The notes beneath the pieces are model-generated. The model searched no databases. It saw only the letters and a list, made by a program, of their open reading frames with translations, and was not told the origin of the DNA. Position numbers and translations under genes: made by a program. A stretch of DNA of 64,000 bases, taken from assembly GCA_963835335.1 (NCBI GenBank), contig CAWIFB010000056.1, positions 56,635 to 120,634 on the forward strand, in the 5' to 3' direction. The DNA is from an uncultured Chloroflexia bacterium. GTDB taxonomy: Bacteria; Chloroflexota; Limnocylindria; Limnocylindrales; CSP1-4. Position 1 is the stretch's first letter, and each line of letters begins with the position of its first letter. Shown piece by piece: positions 1 through 10,708 of this stretch.

Positions 1-893
1 AGATTGAGCCGCGCGGTGCTGCTGCCGAGCAGCGCCTGCTGCACAGCGGCCTGGCCGGTCGTCCAGGCGAAGACCGAGAGGGTGAGCACGACGCGCGTCC
101 CGTGGCTGTGCGCCGCGTTGATCGTCGTGGTCAGGCTCGAGCTGGTCCATCCGCCCCAGCCGGTGGTCGGCGATCCGCCGGTGGACTTGAGCAGGTTGCC
201 CAGCTTGTCGGCACCGACCGAGAAATAGGCGATCGTGGACAGGTCGTCGTAGTGCAGCGTCGATGCGGAACCGGAGACCTCCCAGTACGGGAGGAAGCCG
301 AACACCTGCCGGCGCAGGCCGGCGGCTGCGGCTGTGTCCGCGGTCGCAGTCGCGGGAGCGGTCCAGGACGTACCCGACGCCTGTGTGGACGTCCCGCCGC
401 CGTCGCCGTCGATCGGCGCGGACGACGGCTCCGTCGACGGCGCGGCCGCAAGCGGGACCAGCGGCGCAAGATCGGACGCGGACCCGGCCCAGCTGCTGCC
501 CTGGGGGCTGCGCGCCATGTCCCGGCCGCTCGCCCGACCAGCGGGAAGCGACATCGGGGCGCGCCCGTCAACGAGCCAGTGGTCCGTGGACCGCGGCGCG
601 AACGGGGTATCCACGCGATCGCCCGGCGTGAACGTGTTCGGGTCGGCGGCGTGGGCCATCGCCTGCTCGTACGCCACCGACGGCTCCGGGCGGCCGACCT
701 CTGTGACCGCGGCGCGATCGGCTGCCGACGCAGCGGGTGCCGGCTCGGAATCCGGAGCAGGGGCCGTCGCGGGTGGCCGCCCCGTCGGCGCCACGGCAAC
801 GGCCGGCGCGGGCACGGTACCCACGGCAACCATGGCGATCAACAGGACCGTGGCGATGGGGCGGCCGTGGAGCGCGAAGCGGGGTCGGTTCAC
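1..893 (-). CDS. Secreted glycoside hydrolase family 18-like protein (N-terminal part; runs off the window edge)
   Basis: Not in the ORF track; read by hand. GTG at 893 after AAGAGG, signal-peptide-like MNRPRF..TVLLIAMVAVG, then RRQVFGFLPYWE..YDDLSTIAYFSV..TINAAHSHGTRVVLTLSVF, typical of GH18 TIM barrels. Confidence 0.7.
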   Translation of the reverse strand, partial: MNRPRFALHGRPIATVLLIAMVAVGTVPAPAVAVAPTGRPPATAPAPDSEPAPAASAADRAAVTEVGRPEPSVAYEQAMAHAADPNTFTPGDRVDTPFAPRSTDHWLVDGRAPMSLPAGRASGRDMARSPQGSSWAGSASDLAPLVPLAAAPSTEPSSAPIDGDGGGTSTQASGTSWTAPATATADTAAAAGLRRQVFGFLPYWEVSGSASTLHYDDLSTIAYFSVGADKLGNLLKSTGGSPTTGWGGWTSSSLTTTINAAHSHGTRVVLTLSVFAWTTGQAAVQQALLGSSTARLN

Positions 894-1136
894 AGCCGTC
901 CTCTTGGTTCAGTTACCCGGCCGGTCGCCTGACCGCGACACGGGCCCGGCCGGATGCCCGCAGGGGCAGTCCCGGTGCTCGGGCCGGTATCTTCCTCCGC
1001 ATTGGCGGTTCGATCAACCTGACCAAGGTCCCCTGTCGGCGCAGTACGGTGTGGTTCGGTCTGCTCCGGTTCGGTCGCCCCGCGATGCGACCGTCCTCGC
1101 CGCTTGTCGCGTCATCCGAGAGATGCGTGGCCCCGA

Positions 1137-3494
1137 TCAATAGCCGGCGAACGCGGTGCTGATCGCGTCGCTCACCACACCGGCGCTGCCGAGCACGACG
1201 ATCCGTGCCGGGTGGAGCCTCGCGAGCTCGGTCGCGATGGGCGACGGGATGGCATCCCGGGTGACGAGCAGGACCGGGCCACCCTGTGCCCCGGCCACCG
1301 CGGCCCCGGCGAGCGCATCGGGGAAGTTGAGCCCGCTCGCCACGTACGCGACCGGGACTCCCGCCGTGAAGCTCGCCTTGCTGATGGCGGCAGCGGTGGC
1401 GAACCGGTCGGGACCCGACAGGCGGGTGACGGTGCCCGGGGTATATGCCGCCAGGGCAGCCTTCACCGCGTCGCTCACCACACCGGCGCTGCCGAGCACG
1501 ACGATCCGTGCCGGGTGGAGCCTCGCGAGCTCGGTCGCGATGGGCGACGGGATGGCATCCCGGGTGACGAGCAGGACCGGGCCACCCTGTGCCCCGGCCA
1601 CCGCGGCCCCGGCGAGCGCATCGGGGAAGTTGAGCCCGCTCGCCACGTACGCGACCGGGACTCCCGCCGTGAAGCTCGCCTTGCTGATGGCGGCAGCGGT
1701 GGCGAACCGGTCGGGACCCGACAGGCGGGTGACGGTGCCCGGGGTATATGCCGCCAGGGCAGCCTTCACCGCGTCGCTCACCACACCGGCGCTGCCGAGC
1801 ACGACGATCCGTGCCGGGTGGAGCCTCGCGAGCTCGGTCGCGATGGGCGACGGGATGGCATCCCGGGTGACGAGCAGGACCGGGCCACCCTGTGCCCCGG
1901 CCACCGCGGCCCCGGCGAGCGCATCGGGGAAGTTGAGCCCGCTCGCCACGTACGCGACCGGGACTCCCGCCGTGAAGCTCGCCTTGCTGATGGCGGCAGC
2001 GGTGGCGAACCGGTCGGGACCCGACAGGCGCGAGGTGCTGATCGGATCGTGATTGAGGACGAAGGTCGCCGTCGCGGTCAGCTCCGGGTTCTCCCACGCG
2101 TCGACGGCGGTGAGACGCCACCGGTACGTGCCGTCGGGGGCAAGCGAGCCACCAACGATCCCATCCCAGGTCATGGCGGCGGTATCGCCGGACCCGCTGC
2201 GGGTCGCCAGCTTCGAGCCCTTGCTGTTCTCGATCGCCAGAGTCCAGGACGCGCTCTCGGACAGGTCCACGCCCAGCACGTACCTGTCCCGGTCGCCGTC
2301 GCCGTTCGGCGTGAACAGGGCGTTGCCGTCGCTGACGGACCACACCACCGGGGACCGGCTGTCGCGCGGCGTGGCGACGTCGCCGATGATCCAGCCGCTG
2401 CTCGCGCCGTCGAACGTCTCGATGGCGAGCAGCTTTGCCCCATCGGAGGTCGGAACGATCTCGGACACGCGCAGCTGGTCATCCATGGGCAGCTTCGCGA
2501 CCGGTTCGGGCGGAAGCAGCTGCGCGACGGGGTCGGAGGCGATATCGACGGCGGCGGCGGCCGCGGCGTGCGCGGCGGCGGCGTCCGCCTCCGTCGCATA
2601 GACCGGCGCGTCGTCCACCGCGACGCTCGCGGCGCCGGGCGCCTGGAAGTCGGTCGGGTCGGTGGCCGTCGAGGCGAAGGCCGCGCCCGTCACCTGCGCC
2701 GTCGTCAGCGACATCGAGCCGGTCAGGGACCGGTAGAACCCGCTGGTCGAGGTGTTGGGGTCCATCTCGTAGGTGGCGCCCGCCGTGCGGCTGGACGCAT
2801 AGGACGAGACGTGGCCGTTGGCAGACGGCATGCCGCGCCACAGCTGGTCCACCGTCTGGAGTGTCGTGAACAATCGCGTGATGTACCCGCTGTGGCTGTG
2901 CCCGTCGGCGATGACCGCCCCCGCGCCCGCCTTGAGGAACGCGGACGCGTAGTTGTCGACCCGCTGCCGGGCGACGCTCAGCGTCGGCTCGGCATTGCCC
3001 GGCTCCGAGTTGCCCGACGCGTAGCACAGGTGGAACAGCAGGACGACGGCGTTGTGGGCAGGCGTCAGCGTCGCGATCGAGGGCTCGCCGTAGTACTTGT
3101 TCTCGTAGTCGGACAGCCTGCCATCGCCGTTGAGGTCGGCGTTGAGCCCGAAACCGTCCTTGGTCGTGTACTTGGAATCGTAGGTGTAGGGACTCGGCCA
3201 GCCGTTGCCATGCCCCAGGTAGACGACGATCGAGGCACCGTTCACGGCTGCCTTGACCGCCGACCACGTCGCGTTCGGGCTGTAGACCCTGACCACGTTG
3301 CTCGTGTACGCGATCGCCTCCGCGTAGATCTGGTCCGCGTACGACCGATACGTCGAGGTCGCGTCATGCGTCGCGCCGACGATGATGGCGACCTTGGGGC
3401 CCGTGGCCGCGGCGGCGGGCGAGACGGTCGGGGGAGCGAACGTGCCGACGCCCACGAAGAACACGGCGATGAGAAGGATGGCCAGCTTGCGCAA
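1137..3494 (-). CDS. Secreted surface protein: clan CD protease-like N-domain, SH3b-like and FlgD Ig-like domains, three cell-wall-binding-2 (CWB2) repeats
   Basis: Signal peptide MRKLAILLIAVFFVG; YLGHG..FHLCYASG; FTPNGDG..WDG..PDGTY (FlgD Ig); 3x RLSGPDRFATAAAIS..FPDALAG..PVLLV (CWB2). Confidence 0.85.
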   Translation of the reverse strand: MRKLAILLIAVFFVGVGTFAPPTVSPAAAATGPKVAIIVGATHDATSTYRSYADQIYAEAIAYTSNVVRVYSPNATWSAVKAAVNGASIVVYLGHGNGWPSPYTYDSKYTTKDGFGLNADLNGDGRLSDYENKYYGEPSIATLTPAHNAVVLLFHLCYASGNSEPGNAEPTLSVARQRVDNYASAFLKAGAGAVIADGHSHSGYITRLFTTLQTVDQLWRGMPSANGHVSSYASSRTAGATYEMDPNTSTSGFYRSLTGSMSLTTAQVTGAAFASTATDPTDFQAPGAASVAVDDAPVYATEADAAAAHAAAAAAVDIASDPVAQLLPPEPVAKLPMDDQLRVSEIVPTSDGAKLLAIETFDGASSGWIIGDVATPRDSRSPVVWSVSDGNALFTPNGDGDRDRYVLGVDLSESASWTLAIENSKGSKLATRSGSGDTAAMTWDGIVGGSLAPDGTYRWRLTAVDAWENPELTATATFVLNHDPISTSRLSGPDRFATAAAISKASFTAGVPVAYVASGLNFPDALAGAAVAGAQGGPVLLVTRDAIPSPIATELARLHPARIVVLGSAGVVSDAVKAALAAYTPGTVTRLSGPDRFATAAAISKASFTAGVPVAYVASGLNFPDALAGAAVAGAQGGPVLLVTRDAIPSPIATELARLHPARIVVLGSAGVVSDAVKAALAAYTPGTVTRLSGPDRFATAAAISKASFTAGVPVAYVASGLNFPDALAGAAVAGAQGGPVLLVTRDAIPSPIATELARLHPARIVVLGSAGVVSDAISTAFAGY
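1164..2030. repeat. Tandem 303-bp repeat (about 2.9 copies) encoding CWB2 units
   Basis: Copies start at 1164, 1467 and 1770; identical by eye. Confidence 0.95.
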
Positions 3495-3752
3495 TGGACG
3501 AGGCTCCGGTCATGGGCGGGGCGCCCGGCAGGAAGCCCGGGCAGGGATGAATGCCCTGCCAGCGTCGCCGCGCGCGCGTTCCCAGCCAATCGCTGGATGG
3601 TCAGGGCGCGCGTGGCCCTTTCGACCCCGTGACCATTGGGAACGTGATGGACCGGTGTGGATGAGGGCGGTCCGGCGGCGCCCGCCATCGGTGCGGCGAC
3701 GGGTGACCGCTGCCCCGGTCAGCCGTTTCGACAGGTAGCCGCCCGGCCCGGG

Positions 3753-4688
3753 TCAGCCCTCCCGAAGCGCCCGCCGCAGCGCGGGGACGGCATCCGCGAA
3801 CGCCGCCCGCCAGCCGCGCAGCCGCTCGCCCGACGGCAGCCCCGTTGGCTCGAGCACGGCCCACCGCGGTGGCGTTGATGCCCGCGGCCAATCCGCGGCC
3901 GGGATGTCGAGCACCGCCACATCGATTGCCGTGGCGCTCAGGACCGCGCGGGCCCAGTCGGCGCGTGAGACGCGTCCCTCGTTGACCAGGTGGTGGACCG
4001 TGACCCGGCCCGGTCCCGCACGGCAATAGGCATCCTCGGCGAGGAGCTCGCACAGCGCCTCGGCAACGTCCGGTGCGTAGGTCGGGCTGCCGATCTCGTC
4101 GCCGACGACGCGCAGCGGCTCCCCGGCATCGCGGGCCCGGATGGCCGCGGCCGCGATCTTGGCCGGGAAGTCACCGCCCGGCGGCCCGTGGAGCCACGCG
4201 GTCCGGACGACCGCCAGGCGCGAGGTCGTCGCGGCACCACCCTCGATCGCCTCGCGAGCGAGGCGCTCCGCCTCGGCCTTGCTTGCGCCGTACGCGTTGA
4301 TCGGGTTCTGCACGTCGTCCGGGGCATACCCGGTGCCGTCCGCGCGCCTCCCGTCGAAGACCTCGTTGGTCGAGACCAGGATGAGATCGACGTGGCGGCT
4401 GGCACAGGCAGCGGCCAGCAACCCCGAAGCCGTCGCGTTGCGCCGGCGCGCGAGCTGTGGATCGCGGGCGCACCCGTCGACATCGGTCCACGCCGCCGCG
4501 TGGATCACGACCTCGGGGCGGTCCCGCTCGATGAGCGCGGTCGCCGACGCCTCGTCGAGCGTGTCCAGGTCCAGCTCCGGCCGGCTCCACGCGATCGGGC
4601 CCATGGCACCCGTGAACGGCGACGCGCCGAGCGCATCGACGAGGGCGCTGCCGAGCCGGCCGCGCGCGCCGGTGACGGCCACGCGCAC
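3753..4688 (-). CDS. rmlD: dTDP-4-dehydrorhamnose reductase
   Basis: TGARGRLG, HAAAWTDVDGC, STNEVFDG, YGASK, GSPTY motifs. Confidence 0.9.
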   Translation of the reverse strand: MRVAVTGARGRLGSALVDALGASPFTGAMGPIAWSRPELDLDTLDEASATALIERDRPEVVIHAAAWTDVDGCARDPQLARRRNATASGLLAAACASRHVDLILVSTNEVFDGRRADGTGYAPDDVQNPINAYGASKAEAERLAREAIEGGAATTSRLAVVRTAWLHGPPGGDFPAKIAAAAIRARDAGEPLRVVGDEIGSPTYAPDVAEALCELLAEDAYCRAGPGRVTVHHLVNEGRVSRADWARAVLSATAIDVAVLDIPAADWPRASTPPRWAVLEPTGLPSGERLRGWRAAFADAVPALRRALREG

Positions 4689-4691
4689 CGG

Positions 4692-5792
4692 TCAGCGGAC
4701 CTCGTCGACGGCCACGCCACGCTCCAGCCGCTCGGCGTACTGCCGGGCGTAGTAGGCGTCCCAGTCGGCCGTTCGCGACTGCGCGATCCAGTCTGGATGC
4801 TCGCGGTACCAGGCAACCGTCGCCGGGAGGCCCTGCTCGAAGGGCACCCGTGGCTCCCAGCCGAGTGCGTCGAGCTTGCTGCCGTCCATCGCGTACCGGC
4901 GATCGTGGCCCGGCCGGTCGGGAACCGTCCGCACCAGGGACCAGTCGCGGCCGCACGCCGCCAGCAGCCGGCCGATCACGTCCCGGTTCGGCAGCTCGGT
5001 GCCGCCGGCGACATTGATGACGTCGCCGGGCTCCGCATGCCGCAGCGCGAAGTCGATCGCCGCGGCATGGTCCTCGACGTGGAGCCAGTCGCGAACCTGC
5101 ATCCCGTCGCCGTACATCGGCAGCGGCTCGCCGGCCAGCGCGTTGGTGACGAACAGCGGGATCAGCTTCTCCGGATGCTGGTACGGCCCGTACGTGTTCG
5201 AGCCCCGGGTCACGACCGTATCCACGTCGTACGTCACGTGGTAGGCGCGCACGAGCAGCTCGCCTGCCGCCTTCGCGGCCGCGTACGGGCTGCGCGGCGC
5301 GAGCGCGTCGGTCTCGACGCTGCGCCCGGCCGGGATCGAGCCGTAGACCTCGTCGGTGCTCACCTGGAGGAAGCGCGGCGCGGCCGGCCGTTCACCCGCG
5401 CGGGCACGCTCCGTCTCGCGTCTCGCCGCTTCCAGCAGGACGTGGACCCCGATCACGCCCGTGCGAAGGAACGCCTCGGGATCGAGGATGGAGCGGTCGA
5501 CGTGGGTCTCGGCGGCGACGTTGACGATGGCATCGGCGGCGGCGGCGAGCGGCCTCACAACCGCCGGATCGGCGATGTCGCCGTGGACGAACGCGAACCG
5601 TGCCGCCTGCTCCGGATCGTCCTCGACGGCCGCCAGGTTCGCCCGGTTGCCGGCATAGGTGAGCTTGTCGAGCACCGTGATCCGGGTGCCGTCGCGGCGG
5701 CCAAGCACGTCGCGCACGAGCTGGCTGCCGATGAACCCGGCCCCGCCGGTGACCAGGAGGTGAGCCCGCTCCGGGATGGGCGATCCGGTCAT
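4692..5792 (-). CDS. rmlB: dTDP-glucose 4,6-dehydratase
   Basis: TGGAGFIG, DKLTYAGN, AAETHVDRSI, STDEVYG, PGHDRRY; ATG at 5792 overlaps the rmlA stop. Confidence 0.95.
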   Translation of the reverse strand: MTGSPIPERAHLLVTGGAGFIGSQLVRDVLGRRDGTRITVLDKLTYAGNRANLAAVEDDPEQAARFAFVHGDIADPAVVRPLAAAADAIVNVAAETHVDRSILDPEAFLRTGVIGVHVLLEAARRETERARAGERPAAPRFLQVSTDEVYGSIPAGRSVETDALAPRSPYAAAKAAGELLVRAYHVTYDVDTVVTRGSNTYGPYQHPEKLIPLFVTNALAGEPLPMYGDGMQVRDWLHVEDHAAAIDFALRHAEPGDVINVAGGTELPNRDVIGRLLAACGRDWSLVRTVPDRPGHDRRYAMDGSKLDALGWEPRVPFEQGLPATVAWYREHPDWIAQSRTADWDAYYARQYAERLERGVAVDEVR

Positions 5793-6556
5793 CGCACGTC
5801 GTTCGGGTGGGCCGGCGGCGGCGCGAGGCGGTCGGCCTCGGCGTCGGCGCCCGCGAGCTGGGCTGCGTGGAGGAGCGAGGCGACCGTGCCCGCATCCGTC
5901 CACTGGCCGTCGTACACCTCCGTGAACAGGCCGCCCGCCGGGATGTAGCGGTTCAGGACGTCGGTGATCTCGAACTCGCCGCGCCCGGACGGTGCCAGCG
6001 TCTCGATGACATCGAACGCGTCGGGCCGCAGGAAGTACACGCCGATCGGGATCAGGTCGCTCTTGGGGTGATCGGGCTTCTCCTCGAACCCCAGCACGCG
6101 GCCCTCGGCGTCGAGCTCCGCGACGCCGAACCGCTGCGGATCCGGGACGCGGTAGAGGAGCGTGCCGGCCCCCCATGAGCCATCGTCGAACGCCTGTGCC
6201 GTGGCCGCGAGGGAGGGGCCGCGGAGGATGTTGTCGCCCAGGACCACGCAGAACGAGTCGGCGCCGATGAAGTCGCGGGCCAGGCCGATCGCGTGCGCGA
6301 TGCCCAGCGCGCCACGCTGGTAGCGGTAGGTCAGGTCAAGGCCGAAGTGCCGGCCGTCGCCGAGCAGCTCCACGATGTCGCCGACGCTCTTTCCGCCGAC
6401 GATCACCAGGACCTCGCGGATCCCCATCCCGGCCAGCGTGTCCAGGGGGTAGTAGATCATCGGCCGGTCATAGATCGGGAGCAGGTGCTTGTTGGTGACG
6501 ATCGTGAGCGGGAACAGCCGGCTCGCGGTGCCACCGGCGAGGACGAGGCCCTTCAT
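5789..6556 (-). CDS. rmlA: Glucose-1-phosphate thymidylyltransferase (short form)
   Basis: MKGLVLAGGTASRLFPLT..NKHLLPIYDRPMI; EEKP; GEFEITD; WTDAGT. Confidence 0.9.
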   Translation of the reverse strand: MKGLVLAGGTASRLFPLTIVTNKHLLPIYDRPMIYYPLDTLAGMGIREVLVIVGGKSVGDIVELLGDGRHFGLDLTYRYQRGALGIAHAIGLARDFIGADSFCVVLGDNILRGPSLAATAQAFDDGSWGAGTLLYRVPDPQRFGVAELDAEGRVLGFEEKPDHPKSDLIPIGVYFLRPDAFDVIETLAPSGRGEFEITDVLNRYIPAGGLFTEVYDGQWTDAGTVASLLHAAQLAGADAEADRLAPPPAHPNDVR

Positions 6557-6591
6557 CGGCGACAGCCTAGCAGGGCGGCACGGCTGGCGGA

Positions 6592-7551
6592 TCAGGACCC
6601 GGCCGAGCTCCCGGGCTGCGGCGACGGCGTGTAGCAGGGCACCTCGCCCTCGGGCACGACGCCCTCGGTGCCGCATGGAACCGGCTGCTCGTCGACCGGC
6701 GGCAGCCCTCCCTGGTAGTCCGTGATGATCAACGCCATCTCGAACGAGTCGAGGTTCGCGGCGGGCACCAGGAACGCCGTCTGGACGACGTCGTTGACGT
6801 CGCGCTGCACGTCCACCACGCTGCCCAGCAGGAGCCCCTTCGGGTACGGGGAACGGATCCCCCCGGCGAGCTCGATCCCGGCGGTGAACACCTCTTCCTC
6901 GGGCGAGATCTGCACCGAGGAATCGATGTTGCGCATGACGAGGACGCCGCCCGGCTGGCCGCCGACCTCTCCGGCCGCGCCGGAGCTGAGCAGCATGCCC
7001 ACGACGGTGGACGTCGGGTCGCTGATCAGGGTCACCTTCGCGAAGTTGGGGCCGACGTCCGTCACGCGGCCGGCCAGGGCCCCACCCTGGACGATGACCG
7101 CATCGCCCTCGGCGATCCCGTCATCGGTGCCCTTGTCGAGGATCACCAGCCGCCGGGTGTCGAGCGACTCGCGACCGATCACGCGCGTCGCCACGGTGGC
7201 ATGGTCGAACCCGGTCTGGAGCTGCAGGAGGGCCGTCAGCTGGTCGTTCTCGCGCTTGACCAGCTCGAGCCGCGCGTTCTCGTTGGTGAGGCGGTCGTTC
7301 TCGTCGCGCAGCGCGGCATTGTCGGTTCGAAGCTGGTCGATCTCGCCGATGGCCCCTGCCACGCCGGCCACGCTGTCGGCGACGCCGGCGATGGCACCCT
7401 GGAGCGGTCGCAGCGCGAACGACATCCCGCGCTGGAAGTCCTGGACGTACGGGTTGGCCGAGAAGGCCATCATGAGCAGCGTCACGGCGAGCAGGATCGT
7501 GAACGTGATGCCGCGACGGCGGGCCTGACGACTGGCGAGGCGTGGGGTCAT
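6592..7551 (-). CDS. mreC: Rod shape-determining protein MreC
   Basis: N-terminal TM, coiled coil (ENDRL..ENDQL), ILDKGTDDGI, YPKGLLLG; downstream of mreB. Confidence 0.92.
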   Translation of the reverse strand: MTPRLASRQARRRGITFTILLAVTLLMMAFSANPYVQDFQRGMSFALRPLQGAIAGVADSVAGVAGAIGEIDQLRTDNAALRDENDRLTNENARLELVKRENDQLTALLQLQTGFDHATVATRVIGRESLDTRRLVILDKGTDDGIAEGDAVIVQGGALAGRVTDVGPNFAKVTLISDPTSTVVGMLLSSGAAGEVGGQPGGVLVMRNIDSSVQISPEEEVFTAGIELAGGIRSPYPKGLLLGSVVDVQRDVNDVVQTAFLVPAANLDSFEMALIITDYQGGLPPVDEQPVPCGTEGVVPEGEVPCYTPSPQPGSSAGS

Positions 7552-7603
7552 GGCGCGAGCTCCGGGGGCCGGCCTCGACGCGACGAGGCGGGCAGTGCGG
7601 TGA

Positions 7604-8662
<1,059 letters not shown>

Positions 8663-9230
8663 GCTGGTGGGCAGATCCTTGCTGCGTGGACTGGGGCGTC
8701 GGTATCGGCGCCGGCGCGGCGGCCGGGATGGCCGCGGGTGGGGCGGGTCTGGACTCGCGCGCGAACCTGGCGCACGAGCCCGAGCAGTATACCCGCGGCC
8801 GGGTCCGCGCCCAGCGGGCGTGGCCGAGCCGTTGCCAGCCGTCGCGGCCGCCGCAATCCGGCCGTTGCCCGCTGCGGCCAGTACCAATGGGGGGGGCGGC
8901 CCCGTACCTCGGGGAGCGTTGGCGACGCATCGTCCCGCGACGACGATGCGCTCAGGTGCGGAGGGGAGCAGACGGTCCCGGTCAGACCCCCTCCCAGCCA
9001 GTCTGGAGGGACGGTGGAGCACCGGCGGGTCGGCGAGGAAGGTCGCCGGCCACGACGGCCCATCGTGCGAGTCCGGCGACCTTGCCCGCGTGTCCCGGGA
9101 GGTTGCGTCACTGCGGAGGGTGCCCCGTCCTCCCGGCGACCAGCCCTCCGTCGAGCGAAAACCGGTCACGTGCAGCTCGTCGGATCAGTCCCCCGTCCGG
9201 CTCATGGTCGAACACAGGAAGTGCCACCTG

Positions 9231-10643
9231 ATGGACGCCCAGGCGCTCGAGCTCCCGTTCGCCATCCCGGACCTGCTCCGGATCCCCCCGCATCGTCGCG
9301 TCGAGGTGCGCGCGGGGCCGACCCCTCCAGATCAGGCCCCGAACCCGGGCGTCGTACCCGCGACAGACACCTGGCTCCACCTCTACACGGCGGCATCGAT
9401 CGCAGCCGGACTGGGTGCGCTCGTCTGGACGACGCTGCGAGTCCCGATCCGGCCAACGATCGACCCGGGACTGACCGGAACTGCGCTCGCGGGGCCCGAC
9501 GGCGGCCTGCTGCTGTGGATCGCCCTCGGGTTCATGGGCTCGCTGCGTGTCCTGCCGATCCCCAGCAGCTCCGGCGTGTGGACATTCCACCTGCCGTTCG
9601 TTGCGGCCGCGATGGTCCTCGGTGGGCCGACGGCGGGGGCCTGGGTCGGACTGCTGTCGAGCCTGGAGCGCCGCGAGCTCAAGTCCCAACCGTGGTACGG
9701 CGCCCTCGCCAACCACGCGGTGCTCGCGCTGGCTGCCGTCGTGGGTGGGCTGACCGTCGAGGGAGTACGCGGCGCGCTCGCGTCCGGGGGCGCGGATCCC
9801 GGGACGGCTGGCCTGCTGTCGACCGCGGCCGGAACGGTGGTGCTGGCGATGATCGCCAACGGAATCGCCTCCGGCACGATCATGCTCCGCGAGCGACTTT
9901 CGTTCGGCGAGCTGATCGAGATCGTCCTTCGATCGCTGGGCCGGATGACCGCGGCCGAGATCGGGACCGCGTGGGTGTTCGTCGTCGCATACACCGCAGT
10001 GGGCTGGTGGGCGCCGCTCGTCGCCGCGACGGCGGTGCTGCTGATCTGGCCCGAGCCGGGCGAGGTGGACTTCCTCGATCCACTCACCAAGCTCATGCGG
10101 CTCCGCCCGTTCGAGCACATGTTCGACAGCGTCCTCGCACGCAGCCGACGCGGCCTCGCCGGTGGCGGGCTCATCGTCTCGCTGGACCTCGACGGGTTCG
10201 GCCAGATCAACAAGGACATCGGCATGGCGGCGGCCGACGAGGTGCTCGCCGACATCGGCACGCGCCTGCGCGCATCCGTGCGAGCGAGCGATCTGTTGTG
10301 CCGACGGGCAGGAGATGAGTTCCTGCTCTTCTTCGCGGGGGTCGTGGACGTCGCGACGGCCCGAGGTCTCGCCATCAAGGTCGCCGAGTCGATCCGGCAG
10401 CCGGTCTTGACGGCGTATGGCGTCCTCGTGGTGGGCGTGTCCATCGGTGGGGTGATCGTGCCCCCGTCAGCCGAGATCCCGGCCCGGGCCGTGCTCATGC
10501 ACTGGGCCGACCTCACGATGCAGGATGCGAAGAAGGCCCACAAGGCCGACCCCTCGGTCCCGGCAATCGCGTTCCACGACTACGGGCTTGGTGCCGCTGG
10601 TGCCGCTGGTGCCGCTGGTGCCGCCGGCGCAGGGTCGCGGTAA
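9231..10643 (+). CDS. Multi-TM membrane protein with GGDEF domain (AGDEF variant)
   Basis: About 7-8 hydrophobic segments, then DPLTKL, DLDGFGQIN, RASD-LLCRR-AGDEF; AGGAA upstream of ATG 9231. Confidence 0.85.
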   Translation: MDAQALELPFAIPDLLRIPPHRRVEVRAGPTPPDQAPNPGVVPATDTWLHLYTAASIAAGLGALVWTTLRVPIRPTIDPGLTGTALAGPDGGLLLWIALGFMGSLRVLPIPSSSGVWTFHLPFVAAAMVLGGPTAGAWVGLLSSLERRELKSQPWYGALANHAVLALAAVVGGLTVEGVRGALASGGADPGTAGLLSTAAGTVVLAMIANGIASGTIMLRERLSFGELIEIVLRSLGRMTAAEIGTAWVFVVAYTAVGWWAPLVAATAVLLIWPEPGEVDFLDPLTKLMRLRPFEHMFDSVLARSRRGLAGGGLIVSLDLDGFGQINKDIGMAAADEVLADIGTRLRASVRASDLLCRRAGDEFLLFFAGVVDVATARGLAIKVAESIRQPVLTAYGVLVVGVSIGGVIVPPSAEIPARAVLMHWADLTMQDAKKAHKADPSVPAIAFHDYGLGAAGAAGAAGAAGAGSR

Positions 10644-10708
10644 ATCATCGAGCTGCAACCGGAACGGCCGCGCCCACCCGTGGGCGCCTCGGCTAGGATC
10701 CCCGCGCC

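Noticed and set aside
894-1136. c-di-AMP (ydaO) or c-di-GMP riboswitch upstream of the cell-surface genes (also 3495-3752)
   Set aside because: I could not find the consensus motifs by eye; only short GC hairpins. An Rfam scan would settle it.
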